Shown in pieces: positions 29,593 to 39,096 of a DNA stretch of 64,000 nucleotides. Under the pieces are notes generated by a model, which was given only the letters and a program-made list of their open reading frames with translations, was not told the origin of the DNA and did no database searches. The stretch spans positions 8,386 through 72,385 of the forward strand of contig DXBM01000036.1 of the NCBI GenBank assembly GCA_019116525.1. The letters run 5' to 3'. This stretch comes from Candidatus Olsenella pullistercoris. Lineage in GTDB: Bacteria; Actinomycetota; Coriobacteriia; Coriobacteriales; Atopobiaceae. Positions within the stretch are counted from its first letter, which is position 1. The number at the start of each line of letters is the position of its first letter. The translations under genes and the position numbers were made by a program.

Positions 29593-31041
29593 CTACAGCA
29601 GACCCGCAAGGTCGCCGCGGTCGCGCGCCTCGTCCAGCAGGTGCTTGAACACGCGCTCGCCGTGCAGGCCGTCGTGCTCGAACTCGTTGGTGACCCACGC
29701 GTGGCTCGCTCCCACGCGGGAGAGCGTGTCGAGCTGGAGGCCGGAGTCCACGTAGAGGTCGTCGAAGTAGACGGCCGCCTGGAGCGGGGTCTCGTTTGCG
29801 GCAAGCCGCGCCTCGTCGTAGAGCCGCCCGAAGCTCGTGTCGCGCATGAGCTCACCCATCGCGCCCGCGAAGGGGCGGAGCTCCGGCATCTCCTCGAACA
29901 TCCACGGGAAGCATGCCTCGCCCGTGAGCATGAGCGGGCGAGCGTCCGTCGAGAACTCGGGGTGGGCCTGCCACGCACGCTCGGCCGCCCACGCGATCGG
30001 GCGCTCGAGCTCGCCGTCGGCGTAGATGAGCTCCTGAAGAACCCAGTAGAGGGGGTTCTCGACCACGTTGGTGGCAGACCAAGCCCCGGCGAGAAACGCG
30101 GGAGAGACCTCCACCTTCCCGGCGTCCCCGCCAGCGGCGCCGAGCGCTGCTCCCGTGGAGCCGTCACCGGCAGTGAAGGCCAGGTCGAGCAGGTTGTGCA
30201 GTCGCTCATGCCCCGGCTTCATGCCCAGGCCCTGGCCGAGCGTCTGCAGTCGGCGTGGCGAGAGCGGGGAGCCGTCCGGCAGCCGCACGTTGCTCGCGGA
30301 GAGACGGTCGGCGAGCAGGGCGAGACGGTCCGCGTCCTCGGGGTAGCGCTCGTACAGGAGGCTTGTCTTGGCAGCCATGCGCGGGAAGGTGTGGGCATAG
30401 ACGTCATCGGCGCTCGCCGGAACGTGCGGGATGCCGCCACAGGTGAAGCTCGCCGCAGCGGCCCCTGGGAACGTGGAGAGGTAGGTGAGCGTGAGGAAGC
30501 CGCCGTAGCTCTGGCCGAGCGTGACCCAGCGGGTGCCGCCGAGCTCGGTGAGGCGCAGGTACTCGAAGTCGCGCACGATCGAGTCGGCGAGGAAGCGCTT
30601 GAGGTAGCGCGCCTGCGTCGCCGCGTCGCCCTCGCGCGCGACCGTGACGCCGTCCACCCGGGAGGATCGTCCGGTGCCGCGCTGGTCCGGCAGGACCACG
30701 CGGAAGTGGCGCACCGCCTCGGCGACCCAGCCGTCGCTCGTGGGCGAGGTGAGGCGAGGGCCGGCCCCTCCCGGCCCGCCCTGGAGAAAGACCAGGTACG
30801 GTAGATCCCGCCCCACGTTCTCGGGCGCGCAGACCACGCGGTAGAAGAGGGAGAGCGAGCGGCCCTCGAAGGCGGGGTCAGGGCGCTGGGCAGCCGACTC
30901 CTCGAGCAGGCCCGAGGTTGGCGTGCCCTTCTCGGCGCCCGCGAGGCGGGCGGGCGTGGTGCCGCGCCAGTCGAGCGGAACGTCGACGACATGGTCCTCC
31001 ACAGCAAGTCCGGGCAGGTGATAAGCAGCAATGAGCGACAT
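29593..31041 (-). CDS. Prolyl aminopeptidase-like alpha/beta hydrolase (S33), copy 2
   Basis: GQSYGG, DDLYV, EHDGL; 482 aa. Confidence 0.85.
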   Translation of the reverse strand: MSLIAAYHLPGLAVEDHVVDVPLDWRGTTPARLAGAEKGTPTSGLLEESAAQRPDPAFEGRSLSLFYRVVCAPENVGRDLPYLVFLQGGPGGAGPRLTSPTSDGWVAEAVRHFRVVLPDQRGTGRSSRVDGVTVAREGDAATQARYLKRFLADSIVRDFEYLRLTELGGTRWVTLGQSYGGFLTLTYLSTFPGAAAASFTCGGIPHVPASADDVYAHTFPRMAAKTSLLYERYPEDADRLALLADRLSASNVRLPDGSPLSPRRLQTLGQGLGMKPGHERLHNLLDLAFTAGDGSTGAALGAAGGDAGKVEVSPAFLAGAWSATNVVENPLYWVLQELIYADGELERPIAWAAERAWQAHPEFSTDARPLMLTGEACFPWMFEEMPELRPFAGAMGELMRDTSFGRLYDEARLAANETPLQAAVYFDDLYVDSGLQLDTLSRVGASHAWVTNEFEHDGLHGERVFKHLLDEARDRGDLAGLL

Positions 31042-31154
31042 GTTCTTCTCCCCTAACTTGAAGCCGGAGGCCCGACGCCGGCGGCTCGAGGCGATTTTGC
31101 ACCGGCAGGCGCCCCGCGTTTCCCAGGTTGCCGTTTTCGAGGGTCAAAATGCGA

Positions 31155-31305
31155 TTGTGAGCAAAAGGTTTTATCGCCATACCGTTGGCACATCAAACCT
31201 GTTGCTCACAACCCTGCAAAACGCGACAAAAACGTGCAAAAGCACGTCCTTCTCGCATCGGAGGCGGGGGAACGAGGTCGGACACATCAAAGATGTTGCA
31301 CACAA
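31155..31305. repeat. TTGTGAGCAA repeat cluster C (57-bp hairpin plus third half-site), no adjacent nuclease-like gene
   Basis: Cores at 31155-31164 (F), 31202-31211 (R), 31296-31305 (R, 1 mismatch). Confidence 0.9.
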
Positions 31306-31385
31306 CCGCCCCCGCCCCCGGAGACCGCCGCAGCCAACAGGGCGTCAGGCCCCGCGCACGGCGAGAAGGACATGCCCTCCGGACC

Positions 31386-32402
31386 CTAGACCAGGTACTC
31401 CGCAATCTGGACGGCATTGGTGGCGGCACCCTTGCGAATCTGGTCGCCGCAGCACCAGAACGTGAGCGCGCTCACGCCCTCCGGCGCGGACAGGTCGCGG
31501 CGCAGGCGGCCGACCCAGATGAGGTCCTGGTCGGAGGTCTCGAGAGGCATCGGGTAGCGGCTCTCGGACGGCTCGTCGACCACCCTCACGCCAGGCGCCG
31601 CCTCGAGCGCGGCGCGCGCCTCGGCCACCGTGATCGGGCGCTCGAACTCGGCGGTGATGGACTCGGAGTGCGAGCGCACGACGGGCACGCGCACGCACGT
31701 GCAGTTCACGCGCAGCTCGGGAAGGTGCATGATCTTGCGGCCCTCGTTGAGCATCTTGAGCTCCTCGGAGGTGTAGCCCTCGTCCTTGAAGCCGCCGATC
31801 TGCGGGATGAGGTTCTCCGCGAGCTGGTACTGGAAGGGCGCGGTCTCCCCCACCGGCTCGCCGGCCGCCACGCAGCGGGTCTCACGCACGAGCTCGTCGA
31901 GGCCCGGCTTGCCGGCGCCCGAGGCCGCCTGGTAGGTGGAGACCACGAGCCTCGTCACGCCCGCGAGCTGGTGGAGCGGCCACACCGGCACGAGGCCGAT
32001 GATCGTGGCGCAGTTGGGGTTGGCGATGATGCCGTGGTGGCTCGCGATGTCCGCGGCGTTGATCTCGGGGACCACGAGCGGGACGTCCTCGTCCATGCGG
32101 AAGGCGTGGGAGTTGTCCACGCAGACGGCGCCGCGCCGCACCGCCTCAGGCAGCAGCGCGCGGGCGGTGGCGTCATCGGCGGCGCCGAGCACGATGTCAA
32201 CGCCCTCGAAGGCGTCAGGCTCGGCGAGCGCCACGGCCACGTCCTCGCCGGCAAAGCGCACGGTCCTGCCCGCGTCAACGGAGCGCTGGCTCGCGAGCGG
32301 CACGAGGCGCCCCACCGGGAAGTCGCGCTCCTCGAGGCACTGAAGCATCTGCTGGCCCACCACGCCGGTGGCACCGAGGATGGCAACGGTCTTCTCGCTC
32401 AT
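31386..32402 (-). CDS. asd: Aspartate-semialdehyde dehydrogenase
   Basis: GATGVVG, NPNCAT, YQAASGAG, RVPVVRSHS, KGAATNAVQI. Confidence 0.97.
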   Translation of the reverse strand: MSEKTVAILGATGVVGQQMLQCLEERDFPVGRLVPLASQRSVDAGRTVRFAGEDVAVALAEPDAFEGVDIVLGAADDATARALLPEAVRRGAVCVDNSHAFRMDEDVPLVVPEINAADIASHHGIIANPNCATIIGLVPVWPLHQLAGVTRLVVSTYQAASGAGKPGLDELVRETRCVAAGEPVGETAPFQYQLAENLIPQIGGFKDEGYTSEELKMLNEGRKIMHLPELRVNCTCVRVPVVRSHSESITAEFERPITVAEARAALEAAPGVRVVDEPSESRYPMPLETSDQDLIWVGRLRRDLSAPEGVSALTFWCCGDQIRKGAATNAVQIAEYLV

Positions 32403-32424
32403 TGGCGGTTCCTTTCTGAAAATG

Positions 32425-32453
32425 GGTCAAAAGGAGTCTGTCCCCTTTTGACC
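32425..32453. repeat. 29-bp palindrome GGTCAAAAGGAGTC T GTCCCCTTTTGACC (REP-like family B)
   Basis: 12/14 arm match; lies between lysC and asd. Confidence 0.7.
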
Positions 32454-32456
32454 GAT

Positions 32457-33788
32457 TTAGCTGGCGGTGACCATCTCGTCGCGGACGAAGCGGTTATAGA
32501 TGACCTGGATGGCGTGCTCGAAGTCCTCGTTGTTCACGCCGAGGATGATCGAGATCTCCTGCGAGCTCTGCGTGATCATGCGGATGTTCACGCCGGCGTC
32601 GCCGAGCGCGCCGAAGATCTTGCCGGAGGTGCCGGAGCGCTTGGACATGTTGCGGCCGACCACGGAGATGAGGGCGAGCTTGTCGACCATCGTGATGTCA
32701 TCGGGCTCGAGCTCGCGGCGGATGTCGGAGACGATCGAGTAGATCGAGTCCCTCACGTCAGCACCGTTCACAACCACCGAGAAGGAGTCGACGCCCGTGG
32801 GGATGTGCTCAACCGAGACGCCGTAGCGCTCGAAGATGGAGAGCGCCCTCCTGACGAAGCCGACCTCTCCCGACATGTGCGCCTTCTTGACGTGCACGGA
32901 GATGAAGTCGCGCTTGCCCGCGATGCCGGTGATGAGGTGCTCGTCCTCCCCCGCCCGAGCGCGCTCGCGGATGATCGTCCCCTCGTCGCCGGGGCGGTTG
33001 GTGTTCTTGATCTGGATGGGGATGTTGACCTCGCGCACAGGGAAGATGGCCTCCTCCTGCAGGACCGAGGCGCCCATGTAGGAGAGCTCGCGCATCTCGT
33101 CGAAGGTGATGCGGCGGATGGAGCGCGGGTTCTCCACGATGCGCGGGTCAGCCGAGAGGAACCCGGAGACGTCGGTCCAGTTCTCGTAGAGGCCCGCGTC
33201 GATGCAGCGCGCAAGGATGGCTCCCGTGATGTCGCCGCCGCCGCGCTGGAAGAGCTTGATCTGCCCGTCCACCGTGGCGCCGTAGAAGCCCGGGAGGACG
33301 AAGGAGCCCTGGCGCGCCATGACGTCCTTGAGGCGCGCGGCGGTGCGCTCCATGTCGACCTCGCCGTTGTGGTGGAAGACCACCACGTCCGCGGCGTCAA
33401 CGAAGGGCATCTGCAGGTACTCGGCCATGAGGTGAGCCGTGAACCACTCGCCGCGGGCAACGATGTACTCGGGCGAGTGCTTCTTGATGTTCTTGGCAAA
33501 GAGCCCGAACTTCTCGCGCACGGGCCACTTGAGGCCGAGCTCCTCGGCGATGTCAACAAAGCGCTGCTCGATGTCGGCGAGAAGCGCGGTGCAGTCCACG
33601 TGGTACTGGATGTGAGCGTTCACGAGGAGCAGCAGGTCCGTGATCTTGTTGTCGCCGTCGAAGCGCTTGCCCGCGGCGGACACCACCACGAACCGGCGGT
33701 CGGGGTCCGCCTCGACGATGCTCTTGACCTTGCGGAACTGATCGGCTGAGGCAACGGAGGAGCCGCCGAACTTGGCAATCTTGATCAT
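32457..33788 (-). CDS. lysC: Aspartate kinase
   Basis: MIKIAKFGGSSV, VVVSAAG, RGGGDITG, WTDVSG, C-terminal ACT domains. Confidence 0.95.
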   Translation of the reverse strand: MIKIAKFGGSSVASADQFRKVKSIVEADPDRRFVVVSAAGKRFDGDNKITDLLLLVNAHIQYHVDCTALLADIEQRFVDIAEELGLKWPVREKFGLFAKNIKKHSPEYIVARGEWFTAHLMAEYLQMPFVDAADVVVFHHNGEVDMERTAARLKDVMARQGSFVLPGFYGATVDGQIKLFQRGGGDITGAILARCIDAGLYENWTDVSGFLSADPRIVENPRSIRRITFDEMRELSYMGASVLQEEAIFPVREVNIPIQIKNTNRPGDEGTIIRERARAGEDEHLITGIAGKRDFISVHVKKAHMSGEVGFVRRALSIFERYGVSVEHIPTGVDSFSVVVNGADVRDSIYSIVSDIRRELEPDDITMVDKLALISVVGRNMSKRSGTSGKIFGALGDAGVNIRMITQSSQEISIILGVNNEDFEHAIQVIYNRFVRDEMVTAS

Positions 33789-33822
33789 GTGGGAGAACCT
33801 AGCCTTTCTGGGCGGGCAGCGG

Positions 33823-34947
33823 TCACGCGAGCGCGGCCATGAACGTCGTGGGGTCGTGCTCGAGCGCGTCGGAGAGGAGGGCGCGCGCCGCCTCCGCGGT
33901 GAGGTCGCGCACCAGGCAGGTCCCCTCGGCGAAGGGCTCGGAGTCGCCGAGGCTCGCGGTCGTCCTGAAGACGTAGTCGGCACGCAGGAGCGACGGGTCG
34001 TAGGAGAGGGGCGCCGTGAGGTCGTAGACCGGGCAGCGCGCGCCGCTCGCGCAGTCGAGCACGTCCTGGACGATGGCGTTGCCCGTGGGCAGGCTGCCCG
34101 CGCCCTGGCCGTAGAACTTGAGCTCTCCCACCGTGGTCGCGTCGAGCGTGAGCAGGTTGAAGTTGCTCGGCACGCTCGCCTCGAGGGAGTCCTCGGAAAC
34201 GGCCACGGGCTCGACGGCGGCGGCGTAGCGGTCATCCGAGCGCACGCCGCGCCCGAGGAGCTTCACCGTGAGGCCCTTCTCGGCGAGCGCGTCGAGGTCG
34301 GCCTTGGTGAGGTTGCGGATGCCGGAGGCCGGCAGGCTCCGCTCGCACGCCACGCCAAAGGCCACCGAGGCGGAGATGATCGTCTTGTTGAGGACGTCAA
34401 TGCCGTCGATGTCCGCTGAGGGGTCGCGCTCGGCGTAGCCGAGCTCCTGCGCCCTCGCGAGCACGTCGGCGAACTCGGCGCCCTGCCTGCGCATGGCGTC
34501 GACGATGTAGTTGGTGGTGCCGTTCATGATGCCCGAGAACGACGTTACGTCGTCGATCCTGCGGACCTTCTCGACGCTCGCGATCCAGGGCACGCCGCCG
34601 CCGACGGCGGCCTCGATGTAGAGCCCCGCCCCCGAGGCGCGCGAGGCGGCGGCAAAGCGCTCGAGGTTCGCGGCGACAACTGCCTTGTTGGAGGTCACCA
34701 CGTGGCGGCCGCTCTCGAGCGCGGCCATGATGTACGAGCACGCCGGCTCGAGACCGCCCATGCACTCCACCACGAGCTCGATCGAGGGATCGGCGAGAAT
34801 GTCGTCAAAGTTGGAGGTCATGCGCGGGTCGCTCAGGCGATCGGGCAGCTCCAGGATGCGGGCGACCTCGACCCCGAGCGCGCGCTCGGAGACGATTCGG
34901 TCAACGCCGCGGCCGACCGTGCCAAAGCCAAGAAGGGCAATCCTCAT
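33823..34947 (-). CDS. hom: Homoserine dehydrogenase
   Basis: GFGTVG, VVTSNK, EAAVGGGVP, GIMNGTTNY, LGYAERDP. Confidence 0.95.
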   Translation of the reverse strand: MRIALLGFGTVGRGVDRIVSERALGVEVARILELPDRLSDPRMTSNFDDILADPSIELVVECMGGLEPACSYIMAALESGRHVVTSNKAVVAANLERFAAASRASGAGLYIEAAVGGGVPWIASVEKVRRIDDVTSFSGIMNGTTNYIVDAMRRQGAEFADVLARAQELGYAERDPSADIDGIDVLNKTIISASVAFGVACERSLPASGIRNLTKADLDALAEKGLTVKLLGRGVRSDDRYAAAVEPVAVSEDSLEASVPSNFNLLTLDATTVGELKFYGQGAGSLPTGNAIVQDVLDCASGARCPVYDLTAPLSYDPSLLRADYVFRTTASLGDSEPFAEGTCLVRDLTAEAARALLSDALEHDPTTFMAALA

Positions 34948-35049
34948 GGGCGTCCAATCTTTCTAGTCTGTGTCTGTGCGGGCGCTCTGGGCGCGCGGCG
35001 TCTATGATACTTGCATCCAGCATGGCACTGCCAGACACAAGGAGCCACC

Positions 35050-36537
35050 GTGACCTCGTTCTATCACAGCACGCGCTCGAGCGCGGATCCCGTAACAAGC
35101 AAGCAAGCTATCCTCGCCGGCATCGCCCCTGACGGTGGCCTCTACGTCACCGATGCGCTCGGCGGGACGACCCTCGCGCTCGAGGGGGTCTGCGACCAGA
35201 CCTTCCACGAGACCGCCCGGCTCGTCCTGGGCACGCTGCTGCCCGATTTCTCCGCGGAGGAGCTTGCGTCGTGCGTGGAGGGCGCCTACGGCCCCCAGTG
35301 GGACGCGGCGTCGGTCTGCCCGGTCACGCCGCTCGGCGACGACTGGCTCCTCGAGCTCTACCACGGCCCCACCTGCGCCTTCAAGGACGTCGCCCTCCAG
35401 ATGCTTCCGCGTCTCATGAGCGCGGCGCGCTCGGGGGCGGGCGACCGTCGCGTCATGATCGTGACCGCCACCTCGGGCGACACCGGCAAGGCCGCGCTCG
35501 AGGGCTTCTCGGGCGTCGCCGGGACGGGCGTGACCGTCTTCTATCCCGAGGGCAAGGTCTCCGACGTGCAGCGCCTCCAGATGGTGACGCAGGACGGGGA
35601 CAACGTCGCCGTCTGCGCCGTGCGCGGCACCTTCGACGACTGCCAGGGCGAGGTCAAGCGCATCTTCGCCGACCGGGCGCTCGCGGAGCGCCTGGACGGC
35701 CGCGGCATCGTCCTCTCGAGCGCCAACTCCATCAACGTCGGGCGACTCGCGCCGCAGGTCACGTACTACTTCGACTCGTACGCCCAGCTCGTGCGCGCGG
35801 GCGCCGCGAAGCTTGGCGACGAGGTGACGTTCTGCGTCCCCACCGGCAACTTCGGCGACGTTCTCGCCGGCTACTTCGCGCGGCGCATGGGGCTGCCGGT
35901 CCGTCGACTCGTCGTTGCCTCCAACGCCAACGACGTCCTGACCGACTTCCTCACGACCGGCACCTACGACCGCCGGCGCGAGTTCCACAAGACCATCTCC
36001 CCCTCCATGGACATCCTCGTCTCGTCCAACCTCGAGCGCCTGCTCTACTACGCCTCCGACGGGGACTGCGAGCTCGTTTCCTCCCTCATGGCCGACCTCG
36101 CCGAGAAGGGCGCCTACACCGTGCCCGAGCGCGTCATGGACGAGATTCGCTCCGTGTTCTCCTGCGGGCGCGCGAGCGACGACGAGACCCGCGCGACGAT
36201 CCGCTCCACCTGGGACGAGCTCGGCGTGCTCATCGACCCGCACACGGCCGTGGCCAAGCACGTGCTGGACGCCCTGCCCGCCGACGGGTCCGCTCGCGTC
36301 TGCCTCTCCACGGCAAGCCCCTACAAGTTCAGCGCCGACGTGCTCGCCGCGCTTGGCGAGAAGGTCGAGGGCATGAGCGGCTTCGCCTGCATGGACGCGC
36401 TCGAGCGCCTGACGGGGACGGTCGCGCCCTCGCAGCTCTCCCGGCTGCGCGAGCGCGCGGAGCTGCACGACGACGTGTGCGACCGCGCCGGGATGGGAGC
36501 CTTCGTCGAGGCGGCGTGCGAGAGGGTGCTCGGGTGA
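35050..36537 (+). CDS. thrC: Threonine synthase
   Basis: LELYHGPTCAFKD, ATSGDTG, NSINVGRL, VPTGNFG; GTG start with AAGGAG RBS. Confidence 0.95.
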   Translation: MTSFYHSTRSSADPVTSKQAILAGIAPDGGLYVTDALGGTTLALEGVCDQTFHETARLVLGTLLPDFSAEELASCVEGAYGPQWDAASVCPVTPLGDDWLLELYHGPTCAFKDVALQMLPRLMSAARSGAGDRRVMIVTATSGDTGKAALEGFSGVAGTGVTVFYPEGKVSDVQRLQMVTQDGDNVAVCAVRGTFDDCQGEVKRIFADRALAERLDGRGIVLSSANSINVGRLAPQVTYYFDSYAQLVRAGAAKLGDEVTFCVPTGNFGDVLAGYFARRMGLPVRRLVVASNANDVLTDFLTTGTYDRRREFHKTISPSMDILVSSNLERLLYYASDGDCELVSSLMADLAEKGAYTVPERVMDEIRSVFSCGRASDDETRATIRSTWDELGVLIDPHTAVAKHVLDALPADGSARVCLSTASPYKFSADVLAALGEKVEGMSGFACMDALERLTGTVAPSQLSRLRERAELHDDVCDRAGMGAFVEAACERVLG

Positions 36538-37442
36538 TCGGGGCCGACGGGCGCGAGCGCCCTGTGGCCATCGTGCGCGTCCCCGCAACGAGCGCGAACG
36601 TGGGCGTGGGCTTTGACTGCCTCGGCATCGCGCTCGACCTCACGGCAACGTTCCTGATCGCGCCCTCAGAGGTGCTCGAGATCGACGGCTGCGAGGAGCG
36701 CTTCCGCAGCGAGGACAACCTCGTCTGGCAGAGCTACCTCGACGCCTGCCGCGAGCTTGGCGTGGACCCGATGCCGCTGCACATCACGATCCTCTCGCCC
36801 ATCCCGCTCTCGGGCGGCCTTGGCTCGAGCTCGGCCTGCGTGATCGCCGGAATCGCAGCAGCGATGGCGCTCTGCGGGGAGGGCTTTGACCGCGAGGCGG
36901 CGCTCGAGCTCGCGTGCGCGGCCGAGGGCCATCCCGACAACGTTGCCCCTGCCATCCTGGGCGGGCTGGTGAGCTCGTTCGTCGACGGGGGCACGACCAC
37001 CTCGACGCGCATGGACGTAGCGGACAACCTGCGCTTCGTTGCCATCGCGCCCCCGTACGAGGTGCGCACGGCCGACGCGCGCCGCGTGCTCCCCAACGAG
37101 GTGTCGCGCGAGACGGCAGTCTGGCAGATGGGGCGCTGCGTCGCCACGGTGCGCGCGCTCGAGACGGGCGATGCCGGGCTTCTCGCCAAGGCGTGCCACG
37201 ACCGCCTTCACGAGCCATACCGGGCCAAGCTGATCCCGGACTACGACGCGCTCAGGGCGGCCGCGCTCGGAGCCGGCGCCTGCGCGTTCATGATCTCGGG
37301 GTCTGGCTCCACGATGCTTGCCGTCGCCGACGGCGACGAGCGCGCCGCCCGCGTGTCTGCCGCGCTCGCCGAGACGTGCCCCGGCTACTGGCTGAGGGCG
37401 CTGCCCGCGAACACCCTCGGCACGACCGTCGAGGTGCACTAG
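36534..37442 (+). CDS. thrB: Homoserine kinase
   Basis: VPATSANVGVGFD, IPLSGGLGSS, EGHPDN, ISGSGST; GTGA overlap with thrC. Confidence 0.95.
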   Translation: MIGADGRERPVAIVRVPATSANVGVGFDCLGIALDLTATFLIAPSEVLEIDGCEERFRSEDNLVWQSYLDACRELGVDPMPLHITILSPIPLSGGLGSSSACVIAGIAAAMALCGEGFDREAALELACAAEGHPDNVAPAILGGLVSSFVDGGTTTSTRMDVADNLRFVAIAPPYEVRTADARRVLPNEVSRETAVWQMGRCVATVRALETGDAGLLAKACHDRLHEPYRAKLIPDYDALRAAALGAGACAFMISGSGSTMLAVADGDERAARVSAALAETCPGYWLRALPANTLGTTVEVH

Positions 37443-37501
37443 CGCTGCGAGGTCCTTCTCGCCCGCCGCGGCACCCAGGTGGACCCACTCACGCCCTAAG
37501 T

Positions 37502-37670
37502 CGGTTGTGAGCAACACCTTTGATGCAATCAATCCATTCCGATCAAAGATGTTGCTCACAACCGTTGATTGCATGCCCAAATGATGCAAAACCCTGTCAT
37601 CCGTCCAGTTGGGCGGGCGTCCGTATAACTTCTTTTGCTCACAATCAACACTTGACCCGTCGTTATGGGC
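37502..37670. repeat. TTGTGAGCAA repeat cluster A (downstream of the nuclease-like gene)
   Basis: Cores 37505-37514 (F), 37552-37561 (R), 37635-37644 (R). Confidence 0.92.
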
Positions 37671-37732
37671 ACCGGGAGAACCAGACGAGGCCACAGGTGC
37701 AAAATCCATTCCCCCCGGCGGTCAACCTCACC

Positions 37733-38800
37733 TCAACGGGCGTCAAGATGCTGGATCAGCTTGTTTCGCAGCGCCAGCTGCTTGGTGGCAGCTCGGGGAC
37801 TCGGGCTTCGCCACCTGATGCCGAGCGCCATGGAGACAGACTTGGCAACCTCATCCATGAACTCACGGCGGGCGAGCATGCGTCGGTCCATCTCGATCAC
37901 CGACCGACCGTCCGCAACGAGGACATTGCCCTTGCGCAGGTCATACGAGCGCCTGCTTCTCAGCTTGTGCTGAGAACCCTGGTACTCAAGAACCGTCGAC
38001 CCGTTGTTCCAGCTCAAGTCACACACGAATGAATCGATCCCAAACAGCTCCGCCGCCTCGGCCCCAAGCCGAACCACCGCGTTGAGACATGCCCTGGGAA
38101 TGCCGTAGCCCCCGCGGCGCTTGGGGAGCGTGAGCACCATAGCCACCACCGCCTCCTCCGGCGAGGCGGCGCCATCCCTCACGTGGCTAAGAGCTCGACG
38201 GGCCTTGGAGAGCCCCCATGGCATCCCCTCGCCGCGATCCTCGCGAAGCTGCTCAAGACGGCCAAGATACTCCGAGATTCGCGACACGCTCGTGAGCGGT
38301 GGGCAGTTGCAGAACCCAGGCTCATCATGGCACCTCGCGAAGTATCCGCAGAGCTCGTATCCGTACGCGACGAGAAGGTCCTCGTCAAGGAAGCGCGCCA
38401 TCTGCATGAACGTCAGCTCGGGAGAAGCGACCAACACTCCGTCCTCAAGCCTGCTGAACGAGCCCGCCGGATAGCTCCCCGACATGAGATGGCAGATCGC
38501 GCCAGACACAAAGCGCCTGCCCGTGCGTCTGGAGACGCAGAGGTGCAGGACCGCCTCCCCCTCTCCAAGCTCGCCCTGAAAGATTCTGAGCTTGGGGGCG
38601 TCCACGCTGGCAGGAATTCTCGTCACGCGACAGCGCTGGGGCATGTCGCTAAGGTCAACTCCCGTCCCCTTGTCAAAGAGCAGACGAATGAGCAGGGGCG
38701 CGACCCGCTCGTCGGGCTGGTTGCGCAACGCAACCCGCTCCCCGACTCGTCTCCACAGGGCGCAGGCGCTCTCGAATCCCAATACAATTCCCTCAGACAT
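37733..38800 (-). CDS. Vsr/DUF559-like (restriction-endonuclease-fold) protein with AbiEi-like N-terminal region
   Basis: SPELTFMQMA, ELCG, ASPEE...LPKRRGGYGIP, CDLSW...VLEYQG..H, D..K.N.L...G..V; GAGGAG RBS. Confidence 0.75.
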   Translation of the reverse strand: MSEGIVLGFESACALWRRVGERVALRNQPDERVAPLLIRLLFDKGTGVDLSDMPQRCRVTRIPASVDAPKLRIFQGELGEGEAVLHLCVSRRTGRRFVSGAICHLMSGSYPAGSFSRLEDGVLVASPELTFMQMARFLDEDLLVAYGYELCGYFARCHDEPGFCNCPPLTSVSRISEYLGRLEQLREDRGEGMPWGLSKARRALSHVRDGAASPEEAVVAMVLTLPKRRGGYGIPRACLNAVVRLGAEAAELFGIDSFVCDLSWNNGSTVLEYQGSQHKLRSRRSYDLRKGNVLVADGRSVIEMDRRMLARREFMDEVAKSVSMALGIRWRSPSPRAATKQLALRNKLIQHLDAR

Positions 38801-39096
38801 GGCACGCTCCTCAGTTGGTCCTTTGGTGGAGCACCATAGCCCTTGCGAGAAACGGGCGCTGAGGGGGCTAGCCGAAAGTCTCGCGAGAGATTCGTGTAAT
38901 ACAATGTTTTTGCTCTTTACTGAGATTTTTGGTTCTATTAGTTATTATTATGCGCTGCTCTGACGACAACGGTTTGCGCGTCGTCACAAAACGCACAGAG
39001 TTATGGATTTCAAGGTTCTGCTCGCTCGAAACCTCATCTGCTCCTGATGACGTTTTTCGTACTTTTGCACCACAGGACCTCTCTCGTTTCCAAAAG

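Larger units (their letters stand above)
28776..31041 (-). repeat. Copy 2 of the diverged four-gene direct repeat
   Basis: Paralogous to 11854-14305. Confidence 0.95.

Noticed and set aside
31185-33749. 854-aa plus-strand ORF and similar long ORFs (4806-6395, 6594-8576, 46629-48890, 48344-50926, 52677-54785)
   Set aside because: High-GC antisense shadows of well-supported genes on the opposite strand.
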